Notes under the pieces: model-generated
Database searches by the model: none
What the model was told of the DNA's origin: nothing
What the model saw: only the letters and a program-made list of their open reading frames with translations
Assembly: GCA_030748895.1 (NCBI GenBank)
Contig: JASMLC010000005.1
Coordinates: 35,517 to 99,516, forward strand
Reading direction: 5' to 3'
DNA from: Candidatus Poseidoniia archaeon
Lineage (GTDB): Archaea; Thermoplasmatota; Poseidoniia; MGIII; CG-Epi1
Length of the DNA stretch: 64,000 nucleotides
Translations under genes and position numbers: made by a program
Shown: positions 1 through 9,829 of the stretch, piece after piece
Layout of the letters: each line of letters begins with the position of its first letter
Numbering within the stretch: the stretch's first letter is position 1

Positions 1-255
1 CTGAACCGCGACTGCGAGGCGTGCGCGCATCCCAGCGTGGTACCGCTGTCGCGGCTCGCTACGGGCGACGAGGCGCGCGTGCGCGCCATCCTCGACTCGG
101 CCGACATGACGCTCTCGCTCGCGAGCGCCGGACTGAAGCCCGGCGCTCGCGTCAGGGTGGTTGCCGCCGACGGCGGCGGCTGGTCGCTGGCGACCCCGCA
201 AGGCGAGCTGGCGGTCGACGAGCAGCTCGCGCAGCGTATTATCCTGGACCGCTGA
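1..255 (+). CDS. partial CDS (3' end only) ending in a FeoA/SH3-like domain; continues upstream of window
   Basis: Frame is open from the window edge. Terminal ~70 aa (LSRLATGDEARVRAI..GLKPGARVRVV..GELAVDEQLAQRIIL) fit the FeoA-domain pattern. Confidence 0.45.
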   Translation: MNRDCEACAHPSVVPLSRLATGDEARVRAILDSADMTLSLASAGLKPGARVRVVAADGGGWSLATPQGELAVDEQLAQRIILDR

Positions 256-613
256 TGCGGCCACAGTATCTCCTGAGCCTGCTGCTGCCAGCCGTGGTCA
301 TCGCCGGCAACCTCGGCTACGCGTGGCCGGGCGCCGGAATCGGGCTGGCGCTCTTCGCCTATCCGTTGCTCGACCTGCTGCTGGGCGAGCGCGTCGCGGT
401 GCACCACTCGTGGCAGTCGGACGCGCGGCTCAGCCGCTGGTGCTGGTCGAGCTGACGCGGCACCCCGAGCATCACCTCACCGCTTCGCGGCCGTACCACC
501 AGCTACGGTCGCTGCCCGACGCGCCGTAGCTGCCGACCGGCTACTTCGGCTGCTTCTGGCTGGCGCTACTACCACCGGTCTGGAAGCGGGTCATGAGCTC
601 GCGCCTGCCTTAA
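256..613 (+). pseudogene. AlkB-type alkane hydroxylase / membrane desaturase family remnant (internal deletion, frameshift, in-frame TAG)
   Basis: Three collinear pieces: AYPLLDLLLGE...HHSW (frame 1); LVLVELTRHPEHH..RPYHQLRSLP (frame 2, resembles the C-terminal His box LQRHSDHH..RSYQSLR); then after an in-frame TAG at 527-529, LPTGYFG..PVWKRVM. The order mirrors AlkB, but the central ~200 aa with the first His boxes are absent. Confidence 0.5.
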
Positions 614-623
614 ATATCGGTCG

Positions 624-1628
624 TCAGAGAAGTTCGGGGTGGTCGCGCACCCATTCCAGCGTGTCGCGAACGGTCTGCCGAATGGGGCGCGGATGCCAGC
701 CCAGCGCGCGGCGCGCCTTGCTCGTATCGTAAGCCGTCGGCTTGCCGAGATATTCGCGCACGGTTTCCGGCGTCAGCCGCGGCTCGCGCCCAAACCAGCT
801 GCGGAACTGCTCGAGCCGCGCCAGCGCGCGCACCTGCCAGAGCGCCGCCTGGCGGGTTGGCACCGTGATGGTGGGGTCGATGTCGCGCACCAGCGCCACC
901 AGCTCCGCCGCCGGCAGGCACTCGGTGCAGAGAATGTGACGGCCGCGCGCCTGCCGCGTCTCGTAGGCGAGCACGTGCCCCAGCGCGACGTCGCGCGCAT
1001 CAACCAGCCCGTAGGTGATGGGCGGAATGCGGCGCAGCTCGCCGCGCAGCAGCATGCGATACGGCGCGGTCGAAGGCGTGTGGCGGTGAAAGTCGGGGCC
1101 GATGACTGCGGTAGGGTTGATGACCAGCAGGTCGAGCCCGCTCTCCTCGGCAAAGGTCCAGGCGCGGTGTTCCGCCTCCGTTTTCGCGTAGGAGTAGGGA
1201 TGGCGTGACGCGTCATTCCAGTTCGCCTCGGTCAGCGGCGCGCCGTCCGGCCCCGCCCGGCCGACGGCAGCGGTCGACGACGTGAAGACCACGCGCCCGA
1301 CGCCCGCCGCGTGCGCCGCGCGCAGCGCGTTGATGCCGCCGGTTATCGACGGCTCGATGATTTCGCGCTGCGGGTCGCGCGCCCAGCTACGGTAGACCGC
1401 GGCGACCTGAAACAGGCCGTCGCGCCCCTCCATAACCGGCGCGAGCGTCTCCGGCCGCATCAAATCGGCCTCGGCGATTTCGACGCCCAGCGCCTCGAGA
1501 TGCGCCGTGCGGGCGGGGTCGCTGGCGTCGCGCACCGTCGCGCGCACGTCGTAGCCGCGTGCGACCAGCAGCTTCGTGATGGAATAGCCGACGTGGCCGT
1601 TGGCACCGGTGACTACTACGCGCTTCAC
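624..1628 (-). CDS. NAD-dependent epimerase/dehydratase (extended SDR) family protein
   Basis: [15 protein letters not shown] Rossmann motif, YxxxK region. Probable GTG start at 1628 overlapping the stop of the upstream orn (GTGA). The longer ORF-track start at 1763 overlaps orn and is likely spurious. Confidence 0.7.
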   Translation of the reverse strand: MKRVVVTGANGHVGYSITKLLVARGYDVRATVRDASDPARTAHLEALGVEIAEADLMRPETLAPVMEGRDGLFQVAAVYRSWARDPQREIIEPSITGGINALRAAHAAGVGRVVFTSSTAAVGRAGPDGAPLTEANWNDASRHPYSYAKTEAEHRAWTFAEESGLDLLVINPTAVIGPDFHRHTPSTAPYRMLLRGELRRIPPITYGLVDARDVALGHVLAYETRQARGRHILCTECLPAAELVALVRDIDPTITVPTRQAALWQVRALARLEQFRSWFGREPRLTPETVREYLGKPTAYDTSKARRALGWHPRPIRQTVRDTLEWVRDHPELL

Positions 1629-2200
1629 GCGCTCTCCGGCGGCTGCATGAACTGCGCGCGGTAGAACTTGAGCTCGGCGATTGACTCCAGGATGTCGCCC
1701 AGCGCGCGGTGCGCCTCGAGCTTGGGCGGCGCTTGCCGCATCGCCTTGGGATACCAGCGCCACGCCAGTTCCTTGATGCTCGAGACGTCGACGACGCGGT
1801 AGTGGGCGCGGTTCTCGAGCGTCGGCATCTGCGCCTCCATGAACCGCCGGTCGGTGCCGATGGAGTTGCCGCAGAGCGGCGGCCGGTAGTCTGCGGGAAG
1901 GTGTGAGTCGATGAACTCAAGCGTCTGCTGCTCCGCCTCGGCCAGCGTCAGCTCCGAAGCGCGGATTTCGTCGAGCAGCCCCGAGCGGTGGTGCATATCG
2001 TGGACGTAGTCGCCCATCCGCTCCAGCCGCCCCTCGTGGGTATGCACCACCAGGTCCGGCCCCTCGGCGATTACCTCGAGCTGCGCGTCGGTGATGACGG
2101 TCGCAATCTCGACGATGTCGTGATGATTTGAATCGAGCCCCGTCATCTCCAAATCCAGCCACAAAAGTTCTCCGGCCATATCTAACCTAAATTTTATCAA
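1625..2200 (-). CDS. orn: oligoribonuclease (DEDDh 3'-5' exonuclease)
   Basis: 191 aa. [12 protein letters not shown]...HHDIVEIA and the C-terminal H..DI.ESI..L motif are typical of Orn. Confidence 0.75.
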   Translation of the reverse strand: MIKFRLDMAGELLWLDLEMTGLDSNHHDIVEIATVITDAQLEVIAEGPDLVVHTHEGRLERMGDYVHDMHHRSGLLDEIRASELTLAEAEQQTLEFIDSHLPADYRPPLCGNSIGTDRRFMEAQMPTLENRAHYRVVDVSSIKELAWRWYPKAMRQAPPKLEAHRALGDILESIAELKFYRAQFMQPPESA

Positions 2201-3000
2201 CTAAACGCGACATCAAGCACCATCATAACAGAGAAACCGAGCATTACACCCATTGTAGCTATGTCTCCATGACCGCCTCTATGCGCTTCGGGTACCAGTT
2301 CTTCGACCACCACGAAAATCATCGCGCCAGCAGCAAATGCAAGTGCATATGGAAGGAGCGGATCCATGTACACTACCACGGCAGCGCCCAGAACTGCGGC
2401 AATTGGTTCTACCAGAGCAGATAGCTGACCCCACCAGAAGCTCTTTTTCCTTGAAAGACCCTCTCTCCTTAGGGGTAGGGAAACTGCAGCTCCCTCTGGA
2501 AAGTTCTGTAAGCCTATGCCTATTGCCAAGGCAATAGCGGCACCAAAACTGTCTCCTGTGGCTGCTGCACCGAATGCAACGCCAACTGCCAGTCCCTCCG
2601 GTATATTGTGAAGCGTAATTGCTGAAACAAGAAGCATGCTCCTGTGCCATGTGGTCTTAATTCCCTCAGTTTCTTCAGGAGGCGCCCCGGGATGAAGGTG
2701 GGGGAGAAACCTGTCGATTATTCGCATGCAAACGCCTCCAAGCAGGAAACCAACCAGTACGGGAAGGATACCATTCAGGACTGTACTGTCCGAGTGTTCA
2801 ATCGCCGGCGCCAGCAATGACCAGAAACTGGCCGCAATCATTACGCCTGCTGCAAAACCCAGCATCGCATCCAGAATCTTCCTGTCTACCTCCTTGAAAA
2901 AAAAGACCAGCCCGGCACCAGCAGCAGTCATACCCCAGGTGAAAAGTCCGGCAGCCAATGCTTGTTGAACCGGATGCCATCCGTCCAGAAATTCGAACAC
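2197..3000 (-). CDS. ZIP family metal (Zn/Fe) transporter, ZupT-like
   Basis: [20 protein letters not shown] and LGFAAGVM motifs, multiple TM helices. Probable GTG start at 3000 (267 aa); the ORF-track N-terminal extension to 3165 overlaps the divergent RND gene. The gene is visibly lower in GC than its neighbours. Confidence 0.65.
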   Translation of the reverse strand: MFEFLDGWHPVQQALAAGLFTWGMTAAGAGLVFFFKEVDRKILDAMLGFAAGVMIAASFWSLLAPAIEHSDSTVLNGILPVLVGFLLGGVCMRIIDRFLPHLHPGAPPEETEGIKTTWHRSMLLVSAITLHNIPEGLAVGVAFGAAATGDSFGAAIALAIGIGLQNFPEGAAVSLPLRREGLSRKKSFWWGQLSALVEPIAAVLGAAVVVYMDPLLPYALAFAAGAMIFVVVEELVPEAHRGGHGDIATMGVMLGFSVMMVLDVAFS

Positions 3001-3107
3001 TGACGCAGACCATTTTAGAGGCGTATTTAGCGTTGCCTCATACTCCACAAGAACTACGGTAAACCAGCCTGCCCAGCAGTTTTTATTCACCTGCCGGTCG
3101 CCGCCCG

Positions 3108-5615
3108 ATGGCTGCCAGTATCGCATCGCCGCGCATGGAGGAGCTTTCGCGGCTCGTCGCCGCACGACCGTGGGCGACCGTGCTGCTGGCGCTGCTGGTA
3201 AGCGGACTGGCGCTGCAACCGCTGCAGGCGATGGATACCGAGACGTCGCTCGAGGACTACCTGCCGCCGTCGGACGAGGTCAGCGCGGGGCAGGTCGCCT
3301 ACGGCGACTTCCCGTTGCCGTTCTACGTCTCGGCCGTGGTCGAGGCGCCGGGCGAGAACCTGCTCTCGCGCGAGTCGCTGCAGGAATTGCTGCGGCTCGA
3401 AACGCACATGCTCGCGTCACCCGAAGTGCAAACATGGGCGTATGACACCAACGCAGTCGTGCGGTCGCCCGGCTCGGCCGTGGCGACCTCACTGGCGTTG
3501 CAGGGGCTGGCGCTTGACAGCGCCCCCGACCCGGCGCTACAGCTGGTACTGGGCGCGCTCATCGAGGACCCGCAGGCGGGCGGCATGTTCGGCGCGCCAT
3601 CGCGGGTGGACGGAGTGTGGCAGGCGCGGTCGGTTTTCGTCACCGTGACGGTCGACAAGAAGGGGGCCTACAACGACGAAGAGTCGGAGCTGGCGGTGCG
3701 CGACGCGTTCCACCGCTTCGAGAGCGAGTCGCTGGTGCTGAACTCGATGGCCGCCCCCAACCAGGCGATGCAGGAAGCTTCGCAGGCGACGCTTGCGACG
3801 CTGCTGCCGCTGACGCTGGGCGCAATGGCGGTGCTGCTCTGGTTCTCGCTACGCCGCCCCACCGACGTCATCCTGAGCCTGGGCACGGTGATGCTGGCGC
3901 TGCTCTGGATGTTCTCTGCCGGCGAGATGCTTGGCCTGCGCTTTTCGCAATATACCTTCATCGCACCGATACTGGTGCTGGCGCTGGGCGTCGACGACGC
4001 CATCCACATCCTGCATCGCTACCGCGCCGACCACTATCAGGGACCGGAGCGGGCGCTGCGCATCTCGGTGCGGCTGGTCGGGACGGCGCTGCTGTTGACG
4101 ACGCTGACGACCATGGCCGCCTTCGGCGCCAACCGCGTTTCCGAGGTGCCGGCGATTCGCGATTTCGGCGTGCACGTTGCGCTCGGCATCGGCGCCGCGT
4201 TCGTCCTGACCACCACCTTCCTGCCGGCGGCGCGGCTGCTGCTCGACCGCTGGCTCGACCCGGAGCTCGAGTCGCTCGAGGAGAACTCGATGCTGGCGCC
4301 AGTGCTCGGCGCGCTGGCGACCGCTTCGCAGGCGCGACCGCTAACGGTGATTGCGGTCGCGCTGCTGGTGACGGCCGGTTCGCTCTGGGCGGCAGTGCAG
4401 CTCGACCAGGAGCTGGAGATGCAGGACCTGATTGACCCTACTTCCGAGATGTATCGCGCATGGGTTATCTACGAGCGCGACTTCGCGACCACGTCGGGTG
4501 AGGCGGCCGGAATCCTGATCGAGGGCGATGACCTGATGCGGCCTGAGGTTATGCGCGCGCTGCTCGAGACGCAGGCGGCGATGGCCAACGACTCCAAGGT
4601 GGCGCAACTGGGCGGCCAGCCGCGCGTTTACTCTATCGCAACCGTGATACAACAGGCGTTTCCGTTGGAGGCACCGCAACTCGGCCTGGCCGACAGCGAC
4701 GGCGACGGGCTGCCCGATACCGCGGCCGGGACGCGACAGCTGCTCGGAATCCTGCTGGCGAACGGCACCGGCGACCTGACGCCGACCGAAATCAGGGCGC
4801 TGGTGCGGCCCGACACCAGCGGCGGCGCCGACGGGCTGCTCATCCGCGTCTCCAGCGCCGACATCGGGACCATGGGCGGCGAGGTGCTGCTGGCGGAGCT
4901 GGAGGAGGACGCGGTGCCGCTGGAGGCGCTTGGACTCGGGGCAACCCCGTACGGCCAGCCGATTGAACGCTACCAGATGATGAGCACCATGACTGACGGG
5001 ATGCTGAAGTCGCTGGCGCTCTCCATCGTCATCTGCCTTGGCCTGCTCATAGCACTGCGCCGCTCCTGGGTCGAGGGCGCCGAGGCGATTGTGCCGGTGC
5101 TGCTGGTGACCGCGTGGGTCTACGGCACTATCTGGGCGCTCGGCTGGAGCCTGAACCTTGTTACTGTTTCCATCGCCGCCATCACCATCGGTGTCGGCGT
5201 CGACTTCGCTGTGCACCTGCTCCATCGCTACCGTGAGGCGCTGACGGAGGGCGACCTGCCCGAGGAGGCGATGGTCACGGCGGTACAGCACGCCGGCACG
5301 CCCATCACCGGCGCAGCGCTGACGACCGCGGCCGGCTTCGGCATGCTCTCATTCTCGTCGATGACCGTCTTCAGCCAGTTCGGAATCCTGACCGCGGCGA
5401 TGATACTCTATGCGCTCGCGGCGACGCTGCTGGTGTTGCCGGCGGTCGTGCTGACGGTCGCCGCCTACCGTGCCCCGACCGCCTTCCCACCGCGCGACGA
5501 CGCCGGCGCCACCGGCGCGCCCGACAACGTCTGGGGCGAGAGCGAAGCGCCCCCGCGAGAGCCCGAGCCGCGGCGCCGGATTGTGCGACGCGTGAAGAAA
5601 GTGCGCCGGCACTGA
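3108..5615 (+). CDS. RND superfamily / MMPL-type membrane transporter
   Basis: 835 aa with two repeats of a 6-TM bundle following large extracytoplasmic loops. Conserved GVDDAIH / GVDFAVH motifs. Confidence 0.7.
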   Translation: MAASIASPRMEELSRLVAARPWATVLLALLVSGLALQPLQAMDTETSLEDYLPPSDEVSAGQVAYGDFPLPFYVSAVVEAPGENLLSRESLQELLRLETHMLASPEVQTWAYDTNAVVRSPGSAVATSLALQGLALDSAPDPALQLVLGALIEDPQAGGMFGAPSRVDGVWQARSVFVTVTVDKKGAYNDEESELAVRDAFHRFESESLVLNSMAAPNQAMQEASQATLATLLPLTLGAMAVLLWFSLRRPTDVILSLGTVMLALLWMFSAGEMLGLRFSQYTFIAPILVLALGVDDAIHILHRYRADHYQGPERALRISVRLVGTALLLTTLTTMAAFGANRVSEVPAIRDFGVHVALGIGAAFVLTTTFLPAARLLLDRWLDPELESLEENSMLAPVLGALATASQARPLTVIAVALLVTAGSLWAAVQLDQELEMQDLIDPTSEMYRAWVIYERDFATTSGEAAGILIEGDDLMRPEVMRALLETQAAMANDSKVAQLGGQPRVYSIATVIQQAFPLEAPQLGLADSDGDGLPDTAAGTRQLLGILLANGTGDLTPTEIRALVRPDTSGGADGLLIRVSSADIGTMGGEVLLAELEEDAVPLEALGLGATPYGQPIERYQMMSTMTDGMLKSLALSIVICLGLLIALRRSWVEGAEAIVPVLLVTAWVYGTIWALGWSLNLVTVSIAAITIGVGVDFAVHLLHRYREALTEGDLPEEAMVTAVQHAGTPITGAALTTAAGFGMLSFSSMTVFSQFGILTAAMILYALAATLLVLPAVVLTVAAYRAPTAFPPRDDAGATGAPDNVWGESEAPPREPEPRRRIVRRVKKVRRH

Positions 5616-5630
5616 CGGCGCGGCAGCCTT

Positions 5631-6278
5631 TTGTGGCCGCGCCACTTGCACAGCGTATCCCGCACGGCGTTTGTCGCGCTGCTGCTGATGCTCTCCGGAT
5701 TTGCCGGCTGTATCGACGGCGATGACGGAACCGACATTGAAGCCGCCGCAGCCATCGAAATCCTGCCCGGCGAGGACATCCAGTACATCGTCGACAACAG
5801 CCCTGCGAACTCGACCTTCCTGCTCAAGGCCGGCATCCATCGCATGCAGGAGTTGTGGCCGAGAGCTGGCGACACTTACGAAGGTGAGAACGGGACCATT
5901 CTCAGCGGAGCCCGGGTGCTCACGGAGTTCTCTCGCTCCGACGACCTCTGGTACAGCACGAACCAGACCCAGGAAGGACCGCGCCATGGCGACCAGTTGG
6001 ACCCCGAGAAGGGCTGGGTCTGCGACGACCAGTATCCGCGCTGCGACCGCCCTGAAGACCTCTACTTCAACGACGAACCCCTGCTGCACGTGGGAAGCAT
6101 CGAAGAAGTCGCATCCGGCAGCTGGTTCTTCGATTACGACAACAACACCATCTGGTTCGCCGATGACCCGCAAGGCCACTCGGTCGAGACCAGCGTAACA
6201 TCCTTTGCCTTCGTCGATTCCGCCAATGACGTGACCATCAGGAACCTCGTCATCGAGAAGTTCGCCTCCTGGGTCTAA
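5631..6278 (+). CDS. secreted (lipo)protein, beta-helix-like N-terminal region; interrupted by stop before a C-terminal anchor
   Basis: Signal peptide with LSGFAGC lipobox-like Cys. An in-frame TAA at 6276-6278 is followed directly by LAAVAAALFVLRLRRR-stop (6279-6329), the same C-terminal anchor motif seen on other secreted proteins in the window. Confidence 0.4.
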   Translation: MWPRHLHSVSRTAFVALLLMLSGFAGCIDGDDGTDIEAAAAIEILPGEDIQYIVDNSPANSTFLLKAGIHRMQELWPRAGDTYEGENGTILSGARVLTEFSRSDDLWYSTNQTQEGPRHGDQLDPEKGWVCDDQYPRCDRPEDLYFNDEPLLHVGSIEEVASGSWFFDYDNNTIWFADDPQGHSVETSVTSFAFVDSANDVTIRNLVIEKFASWV

Positions 6279-6456
6279 CTGGCGGCGGTCGCGGCGGCAC
6301 TGTTCGTGCTGCGGCTGCGCCGGCGCTAGGCGCGCGTCAGGCAGCTGCGGCAGGTCACCTGCCGGCGACGGAAACGCTGCATCCATTGCCACTCCTGCTC
6401 GGTGGCGGAATGGCCGCAGAGCGTCGTCCGCTCGCTGCCGGGAAAGTGGCGCTTGT

Positions 6457-8052
6457 TCATTCCTTCAGCAGCGCCGTGCGGCGGCGGCCGCGGATGGTGA
6501 GCGCAATCGCCAGCACGCCCACGGCGGCCAGCTCGGCCAGCTGTAGCAGGCCAAGCTTGGCGAGCAGCGTCTGCAGGCCGGTGCCGATTTCGGCCAGCAG
6601 CGCCGAGACTTCGAAGGTCGGGTCGTGGAGCAGCGCGTCGCCAGCCGGGTAGACGTAACCGCCCAGCAGCACCATGCCACTGACGTGGGCGTCGGCGCGG
6701 ATGTCCTGCAGCTTGTCCGGATTCTCCTTGGCCATGAACGACTGGAGGCCCTCCATGGCGTGGAGCTGGTGGTAGAGTGGCTGTTCGGTAGTCGAGTTGC
6801 CGACCGTAGCGCTGACGTTGCTGACCCAGGTCAGTTTCCCGGCGCGGTCCCAGCTGTCGTGGAACTCGATGGAGTTGGTGCGCAGCCGCTGGACCCGATT
6901 CTCAAACGCCTCGCGGGCGCGATACTTCATCTTGCCGTGCTTGTCGGGGTGGCCGTCCTCGCCAGCCTCGTCATCCTGCCCGGGGGCGAAATGCCGCTCC
7001 TCGCCGGTCTGCTGGTCAATCTCGTAGTCCGTCTCGAACTCGGCGCGGCCCGCGCCGTCGGTCAGGTGCTGGTCGATGAACTGCTGGTTCATCCACTGCG
7101 CGACCTGGTTGGGGACGAAGGTCGCGAAGAAGGTAAAGGTGAGCAGCATCAGCCGGCTATCCTCGCTCCGCTCGCGGTAATCCCAGCCCTCGAGGTAGTG
7201 GTCGTACTTCAGGTGCGACTCGACCGCACGACCGCTGAAAGTGCGTTCGCCATCGCGCTCGCTCGCCTCAACGCCATCGCGCGAAACGGTGACGCGGTAC
7301 CACGGCACGTCAATGCTCTTCTCAACCAGGCTGACGGTGAGCCGGAAGGTAATCGTGACCTCTTCCAGCACCTCCGGGGTTTCGGGCTGGTCCTCGTCGA
7401 CGTATATATAAGGCAGGTCACGCGCCGTGAGCGCGAAGCTGACCTGCGCCGTGCGGTTTTCCTCATCGATGCTGACGTCGCTCTCGGGGTCGAATACCGG
7501 GGTCCAGACGGTGTTCAGGTTGACCATCTTCATCACCGGTTCATGCTGGCCCAGCCCTCCATCCAGAATGCCGACGCCGTGGAAACCGGGCTTCGGCTGG
7601 AAGTCGAAGAGTCCGTTGCCGCCGCCCACATTCTCACGGTGCATCCCGGACTTGCTGGCCTCGTAGCCGCTGTCCTGGAATTCAAGCAGCAGCGGCAGTG
7701 CCTGCCCGCTCGCGCGGACGACAGGCAGCGGAGTCTCGGGAGTGATTACGCCGCCTTCGGGGCCGACGACGGTCGCACCGCCTAGGTAGCGCATCTGCCA
7801 CGAACGCATGTGGATTGCGTTGGGATATTCCTCGGTGCCGTAAACGACAGCGAACCATGTGTCGGCGCCGAGCTGGATGGCGATGAAATCGCCCTGCTCG
7901 CCCAGCTTGTCGCGTGCCTCATCATGCTCGGCGACGGTGCCGACATGCACCTCGAACTCGTCGCGCGCGAAGATTTCCTCGCCGCTCGCGAGTGCGGCGG
8001 TGCCCAGCGAGCTGAGCACCACCGTCAGGGCAACCAGGAATGCACGGAACAT
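6457..8052 (-). CDS. hypothetical secreted protein with C-terminal membrane anchor
   Basis: Likely start MFRAFLVALTVVLSSLG (signal peptide) at 8052. Ends in a hydrophobic helix + RGRRR. Start lies 2 nt downstream of the stop of the preceding gene (operon). The ORF-track extension to 8343 is GC-rich Arg/Ala/Gly junk. Confidence 0.5.
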   Translation of the reverse strand: MFRAFLVALTVVLSSLGTAALASGEEIFARDEFEVHVGTVAEHDEARDKLGEQGDFIAIQLGADTWFAVVYGTEEYPNAIHMRSWQMRYLGGATVVGPEGGVITPETPLPVVRASGQALPLLLEFQDSGYEASKSGMHRENVGGGNGLFDFQPKPGFHGVGILDGGLGQHEPVMKMVNLNTVWTPVFDPESDVSIDEENRTAQVSFALTARDLPYIYVDEDQPETPEVLEEVTITFRLTVSLVEKSIDVPWYRVTVSRDGVEASERDGERTFSGRAVESHLKYDHYLEGWDYRERSEDSRLMLLTFTFFATFVPNQVAQWMNQQFIDQHLTDGAGRAEFETDYEIDQQTGEERHFAPGQDDEAGEDGHPDKHGKMKYRAREAFENRVQRLRTNSIEFHDSWDRAGKLTWVSNVSATVGNSTTEQPLYHQLHAMEGLQSFMAKENPDKLQDIRADAHVSGMVLLGGYVYPAGDALLHDPTFEVSALLAEIGTGLQTLLAKLGLLQLAELAAVGVLAIALTIRGRRRTALLKE

Positions 8053-8054
8053 GT

Positions 8055-8606
8055 TCAGACCTTCTGGAGCCGGTCGCGGAGCTTCTCCTTCAGGTGCTTG
8101 TGGCGGCCGTGCGGCTTCTTGGGCATGTCGCACTCCCCCTCGCCGGAGCTGCACGCCTCCAGCTTGTCGAGCCGGTTTTCGAGGCGCTCTTCCAGGGCAG
8201 CCAGCTTCTCCTCGTCCGCCGGGCACTCCTCGGAGGCGCGGCACTCGGCGATGCGGTCCAGCGCCGCCTGCGTGCGCGCAGTCATCCTCTCGAGCGTTGC
8301 CTCGCGGTGCTCCTCGCGCTTCGCGTCGTGCTCTGCCTTGCACGCCTCGCGGTCAGCGGCGCATTCAGCCAGCTTCGCCTGACGCGTCTCGAGTCGCTCC
8401 TTGAGCGCATCGAGCCGCGATGTGTCGGCGTCATCCGGCAGGTTCTCGCGGAAGTCGGCCAGTCGCGCCAGCCGCTTCTCGATGTGTGCCTGCAGTTTCG
8501 CCAGCCGGTCCGGCTGGTCGCGTTCGGTCTCTTCTTCCGCCATGACTGCGCCGGCAAGGGTGCCGACAAAGAGCAGGGCGGCGAACAGGGCCATGATTTT
8601 TGACAT
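8055..8606 (-). CDS. secreted charged coiled-coil protein (hypothetical)
   Basis: Signal peptide MSKIMALFAALLFVGTLAGAVMA, then a highly charged E/R/K/A-rich helical repeat sequence. Co-transcribed with 6457-8052. Confidence 0.45.
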   Translation of the reverse strand: MSKIMALFAALLFVGTLAGAVMAEEETERDQPDRLAKLQAHIEKRLARLADFRENLPDDADTSRLDALKERLETRQAKLAECAADREACKAEHDAKREEHREATLERMTARTQAALDRIAECRASEECPADEEKLAALEERLENRLDKLEACSSGEGECDMPKKPHGRHKHLKEKLRDRLQKV

Positions 8607-8718
8607 TTTTGTTCTCCAGCGTAGTTACGCTAGGTACCTAGTTAGGCTAGGGATAAATAAAAGTTGACACGGACGCCGCCGCAAGCCAGCCTTATAGCGG
8701 ACGCCCGTATGCGCGCGC

Positions 8719-9672
8719 ATGGGATTCTTTGACCCGCCCGGCTTCGCAAAGCAGGCGGTCGCCGCCATCGAGAAGCAGGTTGGCGGCCGGGCCATCATCG
8801 CCGCCTCAGGCGGCGTCGATTCCATGGCGGCGGCGGTGCTCGCGTCGCAGGCGCTGGGCGAGCGGCTGCTGGCGGTGCACGTTGATACCGGCTACATGCG
8901 GCTGGACGAGCCGGAGGCGGTCGGGCACATGCTCGTCGAGATGGGCGTCAACCACTATGTGGTTGACGCCAGCGACCGCTTCTTTGCAGCGCTGGAAGGG
9001 GTGACCGACCCCGAGCAAAAGCGCACGCTGATTGGCGAGCAGTTCATCCGCGTCTTCGAGGAAGAGGCGCGCAGCTTCGACGCGAAATGGCTAGTGCAGG
9101 GGACCATCGCGCCGGACTGGATTGAGTCGGGCGGCGGGCTGCGCGACACCATCAAGTCGCACCACAACGTCGGCGGCCTGCCGGAAGATATGGAGATGCA
9201 GCTCTGCGAGCCGCTGCGCGAGCTCTACAAGGACGAGGTACGCGCGCTGGCGGAGCATCTCGGCGTCGCGGTCGCGCAGCGGCAACCGTTCCCCGGCCCC
9301 GGCCTGGCGGTGCGGGTGATGGGCGAGGCGACGCGCAAGCGCACCGCGCTGGTGCGGCAGGCGTGCCACATCGTCGAGCAGGAAATCGAGGCTGCCGCGG
9401 AAGCGGGCGAGATGGAGCTGCCGTGGCAGTACTTCGCCGTCCTCCTGCCGGTGCGCACCGTCGGCGTGCAGGGCGACGTCCGCGCCTACGGCCACACGAT
9501 TGCCGTGCGGGCGGTCCAGAGCTACGATGCGATGACTGCGCAAGCGTCAGCGATGCCGTGGGGAGTGCAGCAGCGCATCTCGCGCCGCATCACCAACGAA
9601 CTCAAGGAAGACATCAACCGGGTGGTTTACGACGTCACCGACAAGCCGCCCGGGACCATCGAGTGGGAGTAA
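8719..9672 (+). CDS. guaAb: GMP synthase, ATP-pyrophosphatase subunit B (stand-alone, archaeal split type)
   Basis: 317 aa; SGGVDS P-loop and the C-terminal dimerisation domain of GMP synthase. No glutamine-amidotransferase domain lies upstream, as in archaea. Confidence 0.85.
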   Translation: MGFFDPPGFAKQAVAAIEKQVGGRAIIAASGGVDSMAAAVLASQALGERLLAVHVDTGYMRLDEPEAVGHMLVEMGVNHYVVDASDRFFAALEGVTDPEQKRTLIGEQFIRVFEEEARSFDAKWLVQGTIAPDWIESGGGLRDTIKSHHNVGGLPEDMEMQLCEPLRELYKDEVRALAEHLGVAVAQRQPFPGPGLAVRVMGEATRKRTALVRQACHIVEQEIEAAAEAGEMELPWQYFAVLLPVRTVGVQGDVRAYGHTIAVRAVQSYDAMTAQASAMPWGVQQRISRRITNELKEDINRVVYDVTDKPPGTIEWE

Positions 9673-9748
9673 TGGTGCCGGGGGCGGGGTTTGAACCCGC
9701 GACCTCCGGATTATGAGTCCGGCGCGCTACCAACTACGCCACCCCGGC
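9673..9748 (-). tRNA. tRNA-Met (anticodon CAT), elongator type, CCA encoded
   Basis: Reverse complement folds as a cloverleaf: acceptor GCCGGGG/CCCCGGC, anticodon arm CCGGA-CTCATAA-TCCGG, T arm GCGGG-TTCAAAC-CCCGC. G1:C72 argues against initiator. Confidence 0.85.
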
Positions 9749-9829
9749 ACGCGGTGCGGCGGACGGCAGGCGCCATAAAAGGATTAAGACTCGGGCGGGC
9801 TTTTTAGCGGGCGCCAACTGCCGCACGCG

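Noticed and set aside
610-1920. Many overlapping 60-190-aa ORFs on both strands in the ORF track (e.g. 610-921, 639-1208, 773-1216, 1311-1664, 1387-1920)
   Set aside because: Arg/Ala/Pro/Gly-rich translations are typical of alternative frames in ~70% GC DNA. They overlap well-supported epimerase and orn genes and show no motifs.
3170-5291. Long alternative-frame ORFs inside the RND transporter gene (e.g. 3617-4435, 4341-5291)
   Set aside because: Low-complexity R/A/G-rich products antisense to or out of frame with a transporter that has clear TM and motif structure.
8053-8343. 97-aa N-terminal extension of the 6457-8343 ORF
   Set aside because: The extension is Arg/Gly/Pro junk and would overlap the upstream gene. 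A signal-peptide start (MFRAF...) at 8052 lies 2 nt after that gene's stop.
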